Of a DNA stretch of 64,000 nt, positions 1-9,175 are shown one piece after another. The notes below the pieces were generated by a model, which saw nothing but the letters and a program-made list of their open reading frames with translations, was not told where the DNA came from and searched no databases. The DNA lies in the IMG/VR virus record IMGVR_UViG_3300025707_000004. One strand, 5' to 3'. The DNA is from a virus. Position 1 is the first letter of the stretch. Each line of letters starts with the position of its first letter. Made by a program: the position numbers and the translations under genes.

Positions 1-154
1 GGGCATCGTTGGGCGCGCAGACGCATGCCCAACTGCATTCACCGTTGGAGGTGCGGACCAGCTGCATCATCCGATCCATGACCTGCTGCTTGAATCGGAG
101 GGGAGGCAGGGTGAACTTCAATTCGGCCGCTGTCGCGGTTTTGGTTCCGCTCAT
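1..154 (-). CDS. Probable JAB/MPN metallopeptidase, N-terminal part (runs off the window edge)
   Basis: Hand translation from ATG 154: MSGTKTATAAELKFTLPPLRFKQQVMDRMMQLVRTSNGECSWAC... A helix followed by E-x-S-W resembles the JAB N-terminal catalytic Glu strand. Lies directly downstream of the E2-like gene. The HxH motif is outside the window. Confidence 0.45.
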   Translation of the reverse strand, partial: MSGTKTATAAELKFTLPPLRFKQQVMDRMMQLVRTSNGECSWACVCAPNDA

Positions 155-1391
155 AACGCGTCTTGAGCCTTTCGAGTAGGCCGCCCAGATTCTGGGTCAG
201 CTGGAGATTCGTGTCGGCCGACCCGAGGAGGTCGGGAAAGATGGGCTGCCCGCAGATGCCTTTGGCGTCTGGAAACGGGTTGCCCTGTCGTTTGGCTTCG
301 GTTCGGAGGCAGTTGGTGTGCGCCACTGTGGGGGTCTGCCCGGGTTTGGGAGAAGGGAGTGTGTCTGCGCAGACAAAACAGCGCGGTGTGCGGCAAGCGT
401 TCGCGGTGTGTGGCGCCCCACGACCACAGGGACATTCGTCCTCGTCCGTGTGGCAGTCCGTCCAGTTGCTCAGCGCAAGGTACGGGTCCGCGTGGTTGTA
501 GTGACTGAGTAGGTGGCAGACCAGGATGGCCGCGTCCAACCACCGCCCGTCAGACATGTGGTCTAGCAGCTCTGACGAGCCGGTGCTTCCACAGCAGAGG
601 CTGCCCCCGCTGTTCGCATGTGGCATGAAGTAGTCCATACCGGCGGTCAGAAGGTCGACGGGCTCGTCAATAAAGGGAGTGATGTACGCCCCCGCGTGCC
701 GAGAGACATTCCCCTGGTTCAGTCGGATGCGCACGGAGAGCCGGGGGAAGTAGGTATCAATGGGCCACGTACCATCCTCCGAAGTTTCCGCCCAGGTGCG
801 TGTGATGCGCTTGGTGCGGAAGGACACTTCCAGGAAGGTTGGCCGGTCGATGACGGTGATTCCAGCCCGGCGGTCGATGAGGGCCAGGAAGTATCCGACG
901 TTCTCGTCTTCCTCGGGGTAGGGCATACCCGCTTCGATGCGGGTCTTGAGGGCACCCAGTCGCTTCGCAACCTTTGCTTGGTTGCTGTTGTGCCGCTGGA
1001 GCAGGTTCAGGGCGTGCCTGTGTGCCTGCTGGTTCTGTAGCAGTTGGGTATGGGCGTCACTAAGGTTGCTGGCCGCCCGCTCTCCGTCACGCTTGGCGGT
1101 CGATACGCGTTGCTGCAGGGCAAGTACGTCAGCGTCCGCAAGCGCCTTTTGTTCGAGTGCGGCTTCCTTGGCGACCTTCGCCGCCGCGATGGCTTCTTCT
1201 CCGTCGTCGGTTTTCACCATCGCGTCGGCGATAAGATTGGGAAAGGCGTCAGCTTCCGCTTGGAGGTTGACGACCATGCGGGTGAGCCCGGTGCCCGCCT
1301 TTTTGGCGGCGGTATTGTAGCGGTCAACGAGGGCCTGCACGACCTCGCGGTCAGTTGCCCCCGCATCTAAGCCAATGAGGCCGATGCGCAA
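39..1391 (-). CDS. Coiled-coil + prokaryotic E2 (UBC-fold)-like protein with Cys-rich tail
   Basis: MPHANSGGSLCCG resembles the HPH/N...G.lC.G E2 active-site motif, followed by L...L..YN..DPY..L..W. N-terminal coiled coil. TTG start at 1391 has AAGGAG upstream. Confidence 0.65.
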   Translation of the reverse strand: MRIGLIGLDAGATDREVVQALVDRYNTAAKKAGTGLTRMVVNLQAEADAFPNLIADAMVKTDDGEEAIAAAKVAKEAALEQKALADADVLALQQRVSTAKRDGERAASNLSDAHTQLLQNQQAHRHALNLLQRHNSNQAKVAKRLGALKTRIEAGMPYPEEDENVGYFLALIDRRAGITVIDRPTFLEVSFRTKRITRTWAETSEDGTWPIDTYFPRLSVRIRLNQGNVSRHAGAYITPFIDEPVDLLTAGMDYFMPHANSGGSLCCGSTGSSELLDHMSDGRWLDAAILVCHLLSHYNHADPYLALSNWTDCHTDEDECPCGRGAPHTANACRTPRCFVCADTLPSPKPGQTPTVAHTNCLRTEAKRQGNPFPDAKGICGQPIFPDLLGSADTNLQLTQNLGGLLERLKTRYERNQNRDSGRIEVHPASPPIQAAGHGSDDAAGPHLQR

Positions 1392-1408
1392 AGGTATCTC
1401 CTTCAAAT

Positions 1409-1437
1409 AGAAAAAGGGCGCGGTTTCCCGCGCCCTT
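1409..1437 (-). terminator. Intrinsic terminator between the Ubl and E2-like genes
   Basis: Minus strand aagggcgcgg-gaaa-ccgcgccctt followed by tttct. Confidence 0.75.
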
Positions 1438-1469
1438 CTAGTTACCGGTGAGGCAGCGGGAAGGGGCTC

Positions 1470-1892
1470 TTAGCAGCCGCCCTCCACCTTCTGCGACACC
1501 TGAACGCGGAACGTGCCCGCGGAGAGGGTTGTGGTGTTCGAGGCCATCGTCGAGGACATGTCCGGCCTGATGACGGAGACCTCGCGCTCGCTGATGTTGA
1601 CGTTGTTGTCCGCCAAGAGGCGGAACAGGTTCACCCCGGCTTCGGCCTCGACCTCGAACTTGCGCTTTCCGGCGCGGTCGATGATGACCCGGGACGCGCC
1701 ACCGCTGCCGCCACCGCTCGACACAGCGGCGGTCGTGGTGTTGGCCGAGGTGAAGCGCGACAGGTCCTCGATCCACGCGGAGATGCCCGTCTTGCTGGTC
1801 CAGGGCGACGCGTAGGCCGCCTTCTGGTCGCGGTCCATGGCCTTCAGAGCGGCCTTGGCGTCGGAGGGGTCGAGGTTCTTGAGGTTATCCAT
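1470..1892 (-). CDS. Ubiquitin-like (beta-grasp) protein ending GG-C, with N-terminal helical domain and Gly/Ser linker
   Basis: C-terminal ~75 aa has a beta-beta-alpha-beta pattern (RVIID..KFEVEAEAGVNLFRLL..) and ends KVEGGC. Adjacent to the E2-like gene. Confidence 0.7.
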   Translation of the reverse strand: MDNLKNLDPSDAKAALKAMDRDQKAAYASPWTSKTGISAWIEDLSRFTSANTTTAAVSSGGGSGGASRVIIDRAGKRKFEVEAEAGVNLFRLLADNNVNISEREVSVIRPDMSSTMASNTTTLSAGTFRVQVSQKVEGGC

Positions 1893-2157
1893 TTTCTGAG
1901 TTCTTTCTCTGCTGCGGCTGCGGTTTCACCCTGCAAGCTGAGCATGTACGTGTACGTCGGGGGGGAAGTGTCTGTGGTTGTAAGCACGGCCGTCAATGGC
2001 GCATCTTCGTTCAGGACTTCTGCGGTGTGTACCAGTCCCCCATAGGTCAGGCGTGCAAGTCCGTCAATAGTGACCGACCTGCGGATGAGTTTCAATGTGC
2101 GACCCGGGCCAACCCCGAGAAGCGATGTGGTCTTGAAGGGAAGCAGTCGATGGGCGG

Positions 2158-2631
2158 TTACGCCGTGCATCCGGACAGCAGCTCGTTGAGAACGAGCTTG
2201 TCGGGGTGCGTGGTCTCGAAGCCGTCTGCGAAGAAGGCTACGGTAATCCGGTCCGGCTGTAGCCAGCTGAGTACCTCGTCCATGTGCGTGGCGGGCGAGA
2301 TACAGAGGATGCGCTCTCCGGGGTGAAGCGTTGCCACTTGGGCCAGCCTTGCGGCGACTGGCGTTGAGTGACCGCTCACCCGAGCGTTTCGCAAGCAGAC
2401 TTCCCATCCGCGTGCGTTCAGCCTCTGTAGGAAGCTGGTCTGGGCTCCAGGGCGTATGCGAGTGGTTACGCCCCAAACAGGTTCTGTGTGGTCTGGTCCG
2501 AAGACCTTGTCTTGTGCGGCTTTTACGAGGTCGCCGTAGTCAAGTCTTGCCTGGCTGTACCGGGGCTCCAGACGTTTGATGTCCTGCCATGCGTAATAAA
2601 GCGCGCTCAGATCAACTAATGTTTTCAACAC
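2158..2631 (-). CDS. Hypothetical protein (first gene of the Ubl operon)
   Basis: ORF with AAGGGAGG RBS, just downstream of the promoter copy at 2674. Confidence 0.6.
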   Translation of the reverse strand: MLKTLVDLSALYYAWQDIKRLEPRYSQARLDYGDLVKAAQDKVFGPDHTEPVWGVTTRIRPGAQTSFLQRLNARGWEVCLRNARVSGHSTPVAARLAQVATLHPGERILCISPATHMDEVLSWLQPDRITVAFFADGFETTHPDKLVLNELLSGCTA

Positions 2632-2743
2632 CTCCCTTTACAGAGTGGGGGTAACTCGGTCCTAACCAGCGCTCTTATACCGTGTAACCCCCTCTTTTTG
2701 TACTACATGATGTACACCCCGGTTCGTCGGAAACCCCCGCGGT

Positions 2744-2758
2744 TATTAGCCGCTAATA
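2744..2758. repeat. TATTAG-N3-CTAATA palindrome
   Basis: tattagccgctaata between divergent promoters. Confidence 0.85.
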
Positions 2759-2849
2759 CCAACGTGTATATCAGGGCAGATGGCGGGGGCTTATTGGTAT
2801 AAGCCGTTTGTACCCAGAAGGTTAGTACACCCCAGGAAAAGGGATACAG

Positions 2850-3698
2850 ATGCGTAACAAAGTTCTAGTTACTCCCGCCACGTTGGAGAGTGACGACGCT
2901 TTCGGGCAGTTTTTCGCAATGGCGGCAGCGCTGAATGGCATCGCCGTTCCGGCGGAGGGAATCGAGGCAACCATCACTGCTCGTATGGGCGGGCAGAACG
3001 TGGATGTGCTGGAGGTGCTGAGTGCCATGGTGCTCCAGCAGGCGACGCCGGCCACCACCACACCCGACAACTCGGTCCCGGCGTTTGAGCACACCCCGCG
3101 CCTCGACGGCGAGGGTATTGTCCCGCCCCCGGCTATCGAAGTGCCGCAGCGGACAGACCTCCCGGTGCTGATCGACCCGGACGGCCAACTGAACGGCCCG
3201 TTGCTCATGCTCACGGCCAACCAGTACCACAGGCTGCACGAGCGCATGCGTAACCTCAGCCCCATCGTTCCGGGCGTGGAGGAACTGCGTGCCAGCGTGG
3301 TCCGCCTTGTGGAGGACCTCACTACCAAGGCGCTCCACGCAAAGCTGGCCAATCTCCGAGACCCTTTGCTGGCGATGCTGCAGCAGTTGGACACGGGCGT
3401 CCGTATGACCGCGGGCGAATCCGTCCAGGGCCTTACACGTGGGCAGACACGTACACACCTGGAGGAAACCCTCCCAGGACTTCGGGAGCAGATGGAGGAA
3501 CAGCGCGCCAGCTATATGGAGGTGCACCGCATGTTCAGTGATGGTTTCGTCAACGCTCGCGTGGACGAGATGTTCGAGGTGCGAACGGAGACGGAGGAGG
3601 TAGTCGACCCAGACAGCGGCGACACCGTTACGAACGTGCTGAGGACCCTGTTGGCCCTCGGAGGCGCTCGTGGGGAGTCACACCATGCCGCAGAGTAG
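2850..3698 (+). CDS. Hypothetical protein
   Basis: 282-aa ORF downstream of a plus-strand GGTATAAG promoter copy at 2796. Confidence 0.7.
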   Translation: MRNKVLVTPATLESDDAFGQFFAMAAALNGIAVPAEGIEATITARMGGQNVDVLEVLSAMVLQQATPATTTPDNSVPAFEHTPRLDGEGIVPPPAIEVPQRTDLPVLIDPDGQLNGPLLMLTANQYHRLHERMRNLSPIVPGVEELRASVVRLVEDLTTKALHAKLANLRDPLLAMLQQLDTGVRMTAGESVQGLTRGQTRTHLEETLPGLREQMEEQRASYMEVHRMFSDGFVNARVDEMFEVRTETEEVVDPDSGDTVTNVLRTLLALGGARGESHHAAE

Positions 3699-4500
3699 AC
3701 AGGACCGCCGCCTCCTCGACAGCGGCGCCGTCTTCGGCGCAACGCGCTATGCGTGGGGCAACCATGTCCGTGGTGTCGTCGCCCCGGAGACGCTACGAGC
3801 GCTCTGCCTTCAGCTTGGTGACACGGTGGGGCGGGGCGTGTACGTGTACATACTCGCGCACCTGCTCTCGCGGAAGTACCCGGTACTCACCCCACTGGTC
3901 ACGCGTGTGATGCCCAACTTCCACGGGGCAGTGGATAGTCGGGCCACACAGAAGGGAAGTACGCTGATCGTCCACAGCAACCGTACGTTTCTCCCAAGTG
4001 GCCCTGAAGGCATGGTTCACCGGCAGGAGTGGGGGGTGTGTGTCCAGGTGCATGACATGTGGCGCCCGTGGGAGCTGCCGCACCACCGGAAGATGCTGAC
4101 GTCCTGGTGGGACCCGGCGACAATGTGGGTCAGGCAGGAGTATGAGATTGAAATCGACGAGGAGGAAGGGGAGTCAGAGGAAGGACTCGAAGACGAGGAT
4201 ACCCCGCGCGCACGGGAGCAGCTCCGCCGCGCACGGGTGCAGCGGGTCCGGCAGGACGCCGCCGAACGACTCCAGTTCGTGAACAACAGGCTGGCTCTCG
4301 TCCCGGTGGAGGGCACTGGAACCTACGCAGACATCGCGTACGAATATATGCACTGCTTGGAGCAGGGCTTCGGGCGTGAGCGCGCGTACCTGCATCTGAT
4401 GTCGCTGCTTCGTCCGGTTCATATGGTCTCCTCGAAAACGGAGGCCCCGGAGCAGCGGCTGGCGTACTGTGCCAACACGATGAACGGCAAGTGGTGGTAA
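3685..4500 (+). CDS. Hypothetical protein
   Basis: GGGGAG RBS, overlaps the previous gene, followed by a hairpin and T-run at about 4510-4550. Confidence 0.7.
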   Translation: MPQSRQDRRLLDSGAVFGATRYAWGNHVRGVVAPETLRALCLQLGDTVGRGVYVYILAHLLSRKYPVLTPLVTRVMPNFHGAVDSRATQKGSTLIVHSNRTFLPSGPEGMVHRQEWGVCVQVHDMWRPWELPHHRKMLTSWWDPATMWVRQEYEIEIDEEEGESEEGLEDEDTPRAREQLRRARVQRVRQDAAERLQFVNNRLALVPVEGTGTYADIAYEYMHCLEQGFGRERAYLHLMSLLRPVHMVSSKTEAPEQRLAYCANTMNGKWW

Positions 4501-4610
4501 CACCGCGGCCGTAAAAAGTGGAGGGGGCGGGGGACCCCCTCTCTTTTTATCTAGCAATCTTGTACAGAATGATATACTGCTGAGGGACCGTAGGAGGAAG
4601 CCAAGCGCTT

Positions 4611-4847
4611 ATGGTTCAGGAGACGATCTGGAGGTACGAGGCGAACCGTCGCGGCAAGGCTGCGGCGGCGGAGAACAAGATTGGGCCTTATACCGTGCTG
4701 GAGGAACAGCTCACTCGTATCCGCTTACTGCGGATTTTCGCCTGCAATGACTACGACGCGTGTTTGACATACGCCGCCAGGAAGAACTGGGATTCGTTCA
4801 CCTGTCGCGGCTGCAAGAAAGCTGAGGTACTGCGTGGCATCTCGTAA
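4611..4847 (+). CDS. Small Cys-motif (putative metal-binding) protein
   Basis: CNDYDAC...W.SFTCRGC; AGGAGG RBS. Confidence 0.6.
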   Translation: MVQETIWRYEANRRGKAAAAENKIGPYTVLEEQLTRIRLLRIFACNDYDACLTYAARKNWDSFTCRGCKKAEVLRGIS

Positions 4848-5595
4848 GAAGCCCAAGCCTGAAGAGGCTGCGGCCCCTGTGACTGTGGCCACCCTGAAGG
4901 AGCGGGCTAGAAAGGCCGAACCGGTTGTCCCGGCTGCAGCTCCGGTTGAGTCCCCGACGTCACGACCACTCTCTCCACAGATGCGAAGCACCATCCAGGG
5001 GTACGCTCGTGATGCTGCGGCATTGGAGGCCGAGCCCGAAGATGATGGTCGCGTGGACCTGGGGGAGATTCCCGAGGAGGTCAAGAAGGCGCGGGAAGAG
5101 GAAGAGAAGGAGAAGGACACCAGCACCGTCGTGTACTCGTACACTGCGTACGACCGACCAGAGGTGCGTAAGCAGGTCGAGGCACGTTGCGAGGACCTGG
5201 GCGACTTCTCGGACCTCCTGACCAGTGGTCGGGTGATTCAGCAGGTGCCGATTCTTAGCGAGCGGCTCGATGTCGTTTATCAGTCGCTAATAGGCTCCGA
5301 GACGTGGTTCGCCCAGCGGGTGGCTATGACTCGCTACCCGCGCGGTCGTGAGGCACAGACCTGGAACGGCTACGCACGTCTCGCGCTGGCGGTCATGGCC
5401 ATCAACGGTGCTGAGTACCCCCCGGCCTACAACGAGAAGAAGGAGCTGGATGAGCAACTGCTTGCCGCTCGTGTCGAGCAATTCCTGAAGTTGCCTGAGC
5501 ACCTCATCAATCTGATGCTGGTCAACCTGGGTTGGTTCGATGACCGCGTCGAGCAGCTGTTCAAGGACGACTTCGACCTCCTAAAAAATGGATAA
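4834..5595 (+). CDS. Putative tail assembly chaperone (G-like)
   Basis: Acidic 253-aa protein ending LLKNG on the slippery heptamer A AAA AAT. Confidence 0.5.
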   Translation: MASRKKPKPEEAAAPVTVATLKERARKAEPVVPAAAPVESPTSRPLSPQMRSTIQGYARDAAALEAEPEDDGRVDLGEIPEEVKKAREEEEKEKDTSTVVYSYTAYDRPEVRKQVEARCEDLGDFSDLLTSGRVIQQVPILSERLDVVYQSLIGSETWFAQRVAMTRYPRGREAQTWNGYARLALAVMAINGAEYPPAYNEKKELDEQLLAARVEQFLKLPEHLINLMLVNLGWFDDRVEQLFKDDFDLLKNG

Positions 5596-5903
5596 GGTCT
5601 CCCTTGGGATGGCACCGGGCCAACCTCCTATTTGACACGATAGGGGAGCCCCCGGAGCCCGGCTCACTGAGGGAGGCCGCGTGTGTCGTTGTGCAGCGGT
5701 ACAGGTGGGAGCAGGAGTACTACAAGACCTGCGTACTTGCCGCGGCCGGCGACAAGAGTGCGCAACAGGAGTTCTTGGGAGAGTATCGTTCCGCGTTGCT
5801 CCCCTTCTTGACAGACATTAAGAAGCAGGTTGAGGGACGGATGCAGACAGCCATGACTAGAGCGTTTGCTCAAGGGCCCATCCGAATTCGGAGGACAGAA
5901 TGA
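5586..5903 (+). CDS. Putative -1 frameshift extension (GT-like) of the preceding gene
   Basis: The -1 frame is open from the slippery site (KWIRSPLGWHRANLL...) and has no ATG start or RBS of its own. Confidence 0.5.
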   Translation, partial: KWIRSPLGWHRANLLFDTIGEPPEPGSLREAACVVVQRYRWEQEYYKTCVLAAAGDKSAQQEFLGEYRSALLPFLTDIKKQVEGRMQTAMTRAFAQGPIRIRRTE

Positions 5904-6271
5904 GCGAAGAAGCTGGGATCTACCCCCGCGCCTTGATGGTCATCGGCGTGGGCAGGACTCGTATCTACATTGACGAGGATGGAAACCCCGACCAGACAGA
6001 GGTGGCCACACTGACGTTGATGACTGCGCCTGATGGTGAGGTCTTCGACATTCCCGTGGAGGTGGACATCGCCGAGACGGTGGACGCGGTGTTGGCGAGC
6101 TTCGCACTACCAGAGATGGAAGAGACGCCCCCAATGTCGCCCCAGGCGGCTGCGGAGGTACTGGGGGGTAACCATGCCGCGCCGCCGCAAGCTCGCCGGG
6201 AGAGAGTTCCTCAGGCAGCAGGCGCGCAGAGGACACAAAGCGACGGTTCTCCAAAGGTCCCGCAGTTCTAG
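5900..6271 (+). CDS. Hypothetical protein
   Basis: ATGA overlap, GGAGG RBS. Confidence 0.65.
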   Translation: MSEEAGIYPRALMVIGVGRTRIYIDEDGNPDQTEVATLTLMTAPDGEVFDIPVEVDIAETVDAVLASFALPEMEETPPMSPQAAAEVLGGNHAAPPQARRERVPQAAGAQRTQSDGSPKVPQF

Positions 6272-6668
6272 GGAGTTTTGGACGTGCGGAGTGTGCTTCA
6301 AGCGGACGGTCAGCCTGACCTACGGGGCGAGATGCTCTCGATGCCGGTCAATCGCGCCCCCGCGCGTCCACGTTACGTGGCTCCAGAATGTGTGGCAGCG
6401 CGGAAGACCAACAACGGTAGGGGCGACACTCTACCGCACGACACGTCGGGGCTTAGTACTAGCCAAGCTGGCTTCGTCCATCGGGACCGCGGTGAGGAAA
6501 ACGTACAGACACCCAGTCTATTCTCGCGACGTGTTGTGGGAGACCCGGGTAGTTCCTACGCCCTTCAGGAAGACCGAACGCTGGTGGGTGGTCGCCTTCA
6601 TGGACGGGTACAGGTACTCGGGTTGGATGCACCCGGGAGTAGAAGTAAGGAGGCCGTTGGACTCGCTG

Positions 6669-6839
6669 ATGACGTACATAGGTAGAAAGAAGATGTTCCA
6701 GGTGCGTTTGCCCGAGGAGCTACACCGCTGGCTGAAGGGCTACGCGGCCAAGCACGGAGTCAGCATGACAGAGGTGATGGTCACGTACGTGGAGAGCCTC
6801 AAGGAGAAAGAGGACAGCATGTCCGTGAAGCAACTATGA
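6669..6839 (+). CDS. Ribbon-helix-helix (CopG/Arc-like) DNA-binding protein
   Basis: KMFQVRLPEELHRWLKGYAAKHGVSMTEVM is a canonical RHH pattern. Confidence 0.8.
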   Translation: MTYIGRKKMFQVRLPEELHRWLKGYAAKHGVSMTEVMVTYVESLKEKEDSMSVKQL

Positions 6840-7372
6840 ATCAAACAACGTCCACGTATGACTGGCCGCCCTCGTCTTTGGGCGTGATTGAGCTGGTCCA
6901 CGCGGCCCTGGAGAAGGAACTCCTACAGCTTGTCCTCCGCCCAGGTATCGGCATCGAGGCCACCTGGAAGCCCGAGGGGATGGAAGACACCCAGATGGGT
7001 CTTGCCGGGGACCGGGAGGACGTAGGCGCTGCCTTCAGTCGGCTGAGCTTGAAGGAGGTGCGCCCGGGTATGAACCAGCACGCGCTGGCCAACATCGCCG
7101 GAGCGTTTCTTCACTTGTCAACTCAGGGGCTCGTGCCTACGTTCATCGTATGCTCTTCGCTTGAGCGCTTCCGAGAGTGGGTGGGGATGCCGGACATGGT
7201 GGCCCTGCCCCCCGTGGGTGGAGTGACGGACGACAAGAACTTCATGAACGTGCGCCTTCGCCAAATCGAGGAGAGGCACGTCCCGCCAGACCGAGCAGTG
7301 GTATTCGGGGCGCGGCTGACGTCCTCATCGATTTCCGAATCCCGCGCAGGCGCCGTGCTGTTGTACGAATGA
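6836..7372 (+). CDS. Hypothetical protein
   Basis: ATGA-coupled within the operon. Confidence 0.65.
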   Translation: MNQTTSTYDWPPSSLGVIELVHAALEKELLQLVLRPGIGIEATWKPEGMEDTQMGLAGDREDVGAAFSRLSLKEVRPGMNQHALANIAGAFLHLSTQGLVPTFIVCSSLERFREWVGMPDMVALPPVGGVTDDKNFMNVRLRQIEERHVPPDRAVVFGARLTSSSISESRAGAVLLYE

Positions 7373-8151
7373 AGCGCCGAGTAGATCACCTTCGAGAAAC
7401 ACAGGAGCAAGCAATGGAACGGCTTGTGTTGGAAATGCGGCAGTCGCTGGAAGCGATGCCGGGTGTGGGCGAAGAGCCCTTTATCGAGTACCTGCAGGGC
7501 GGTGTCCGCCACGACACGGCGTTTGCGCTCATGCGGGTGTTCGACAACGGGCGATGGGAGCAAATGCTGGAGCTGCTCCTCAACTTCGACTCGGGGTACG
7601 GCCTCAACTTCAAAATCTGCCAGCGATTCATGGTGAAGGAGGGGAAGCTCGGCTTTTTGTGGGAGGTGACCATCCAAGGCGCTGTTCTGCAGGAGGCTAT
7701 CTACTCCTTCCGCGCCATCCTGATGGCCTGCGTGCATGAGCTGTGGCTGACGGCGCAACCGTCGACCACGCTACCCATTCAGGACCGCGTGCGCATCGTG
7801 GCGGCGCAGCTGAAGGCGACGGGTCAGCCTCCCTTGGAAGCGGCGGCCATCGCAGCGGCCCCTGAGCTGGACCACCTGCCCATCGATGAGGTTGAGGCCA
7901 TCATTGAGGAGAACAGCACCGCTGACGCCCCAGCCCAGCCGGTCAAGACGCGGCGTCCGGCACGGTCTAGGAAGGCGCTGGGGGTGCCCAACCTCCCCCG
8001 CAGTGGCGAGGACAAGCTCGGGGTCATCCCTGATGGGGCGACGACCGCAGACGGGAAGGGCTACTCAATTAAGCTCCCGCAGCCACAGCCAGAGAAGTGG
8101 AACGAGCACGTGGGTCCGGTGGGCGGTAGCCGCAGGGGTACGCGGCGATGA
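7369..8151 (+). CDS. Hypothetical protein
   Basis: ATGA-coupled start MKRRVDH. Confidence 0.65.
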   Translation: MKRRVDHLRETQEQAMERLVLEMRQSLEAMPGVGEEPFIEYLQGGVRHDTAFALMRVFDNGRWEQMLELLLNFDSGYGLNFKICQRFMVKEGKLGFLWEVTIQGAVLQEAIYSFRAILMACVHELWLTAQPSTTLPIQDRVRIVAAQLKATGQPPLEAAAIAAAPELDHLPIDEVEAIIEENSTADAPAQPVKTRRPARSRKALGVPNLPRSGEDKLGVIPDGATTADGKGYSIKLPQPQPEKWNEHVGPVGGSRRGTRR

Positions 8152-8843
8152 AAATCTTCGGGGCAGGCGCCAGCGATGAGATGGCCGCCATCAAGCTGAT
8201 GTTCCCTGACCCTGTCGAGAAAGCGACGTGGGCACTGCAGGTGAACTACCTGCACCGAGGGCCACTGACCAACCCGTTCATGGGTGTGCAGATTTGGAAG
8301 AAGTCTGCCAAGGGCTTCGGGTTCAGCGACGAGCTGGTGCGTTGGTGTGCCGTGGATGGCTGTCTGGGCCACAGCGCCATGCAGAGCCTCGACCTGACGC
8401 CGGAAGAGGACAAGGCCATCACGGAACTCGGCGCGTTTACTGCGCCCGAGAAGTGGCCCGCGTCAGCGCGCATGCGGCTGCACACGTACATGGCGGGGGA
8501 GACAGCCTGCCCCAAGTGCTTCGCCAAGGCTGTGTGGCGTGAGCTGCCTGACTCGGTGGGGTACAGCCTGCCCCTTGAGCAGCTGGCAGATGCCCTGGCT
8601 CGACACTGGGATGCCTTGGAGGGTGACGCGGACCTGTACCTCGTCAAGGAGAAGAAGCTGAACGGGATGCAGATTGCTCGTCGTGAGATGAACACCCGCG
8701 ATGACTGGCTGCCCGAGTACAAGGCCAAGCTCGAAGAGGCCCGTGACCGAGAACAGGTCTACTACCAGCGAGCCCGAATCATCAAGGACACTGCGGCAGG
8801 TAAGTCGGTGTCGTCCGCTATCCTGGCGCTGCTGAGAGCATGA
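8148..8843 (+). CDS. Hypothetical protein with possible Zn-binding cysteines
   Basis: CAVDGC ... CPKC; ATGA-coupled. Confidence 0.65.
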   Translation: MKIFGAGASDEMAAIKLMFPDPVEKATWALQVNYLHRGPLTNPFMGVQIWKKSAKGFGFSDELVRWCAVDGCLGHSAMQSLDLTPEEDKAITELGAFTAPEKWPASARMRLHTYMAGETACPKCFAKAVWRELPDSVGYSLPLEQLADALARHWDALEGDADLYLVKEKKLNGMQIARREMNTRDDWLPEYKAKLEEARDREQVYYQRARIIKDTAAGKSVSSAILALLRA

Positions 8844-9175
8844 TGAAGACCCTCAAAGAAATCGTTGAAGAGCTGGAGATACGTCGGTCAGCAGTTCGGG
8901 CGTGGGAGAGCCTGATTGGTGTTCTGCAGACGAAGATTCATCAGGGCGGCGTCCCAGCCTCAGTGCCCGTAGACCAGATAGGCACAGGCTACATGCCCCC
9001 GCCCCTGCAGATGCTCCCTATTCACGACGCGCCATTCCTGTTGGCTAGCGTGCTCCCGCACCTGAAGGCCGCGAAGGCGGCGTTGGCGGAGATGGAGGAG
9101 ATGGAGTTCGACATTGAAGAAGAAGCGGCGGAAGACAAGCAAGGCGACGAAGCGGCGGGAGAAGAAAGTGAGTGA
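8840..9175 (+). CDS. Hypothetical protein
   Basis: ATGA-coupled, acidic tail. Confidence 0.6.
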   Translation: MMKTLKEIVEELEIRRSAVRAWESLIGVLQTKIHQGGVPASVPVDQIGTGYMPPPLQMLPIHDAPFLLASVLPHLKAAKAALAEMEEMEFDIEEEAAEDKQGDEAAGEESE

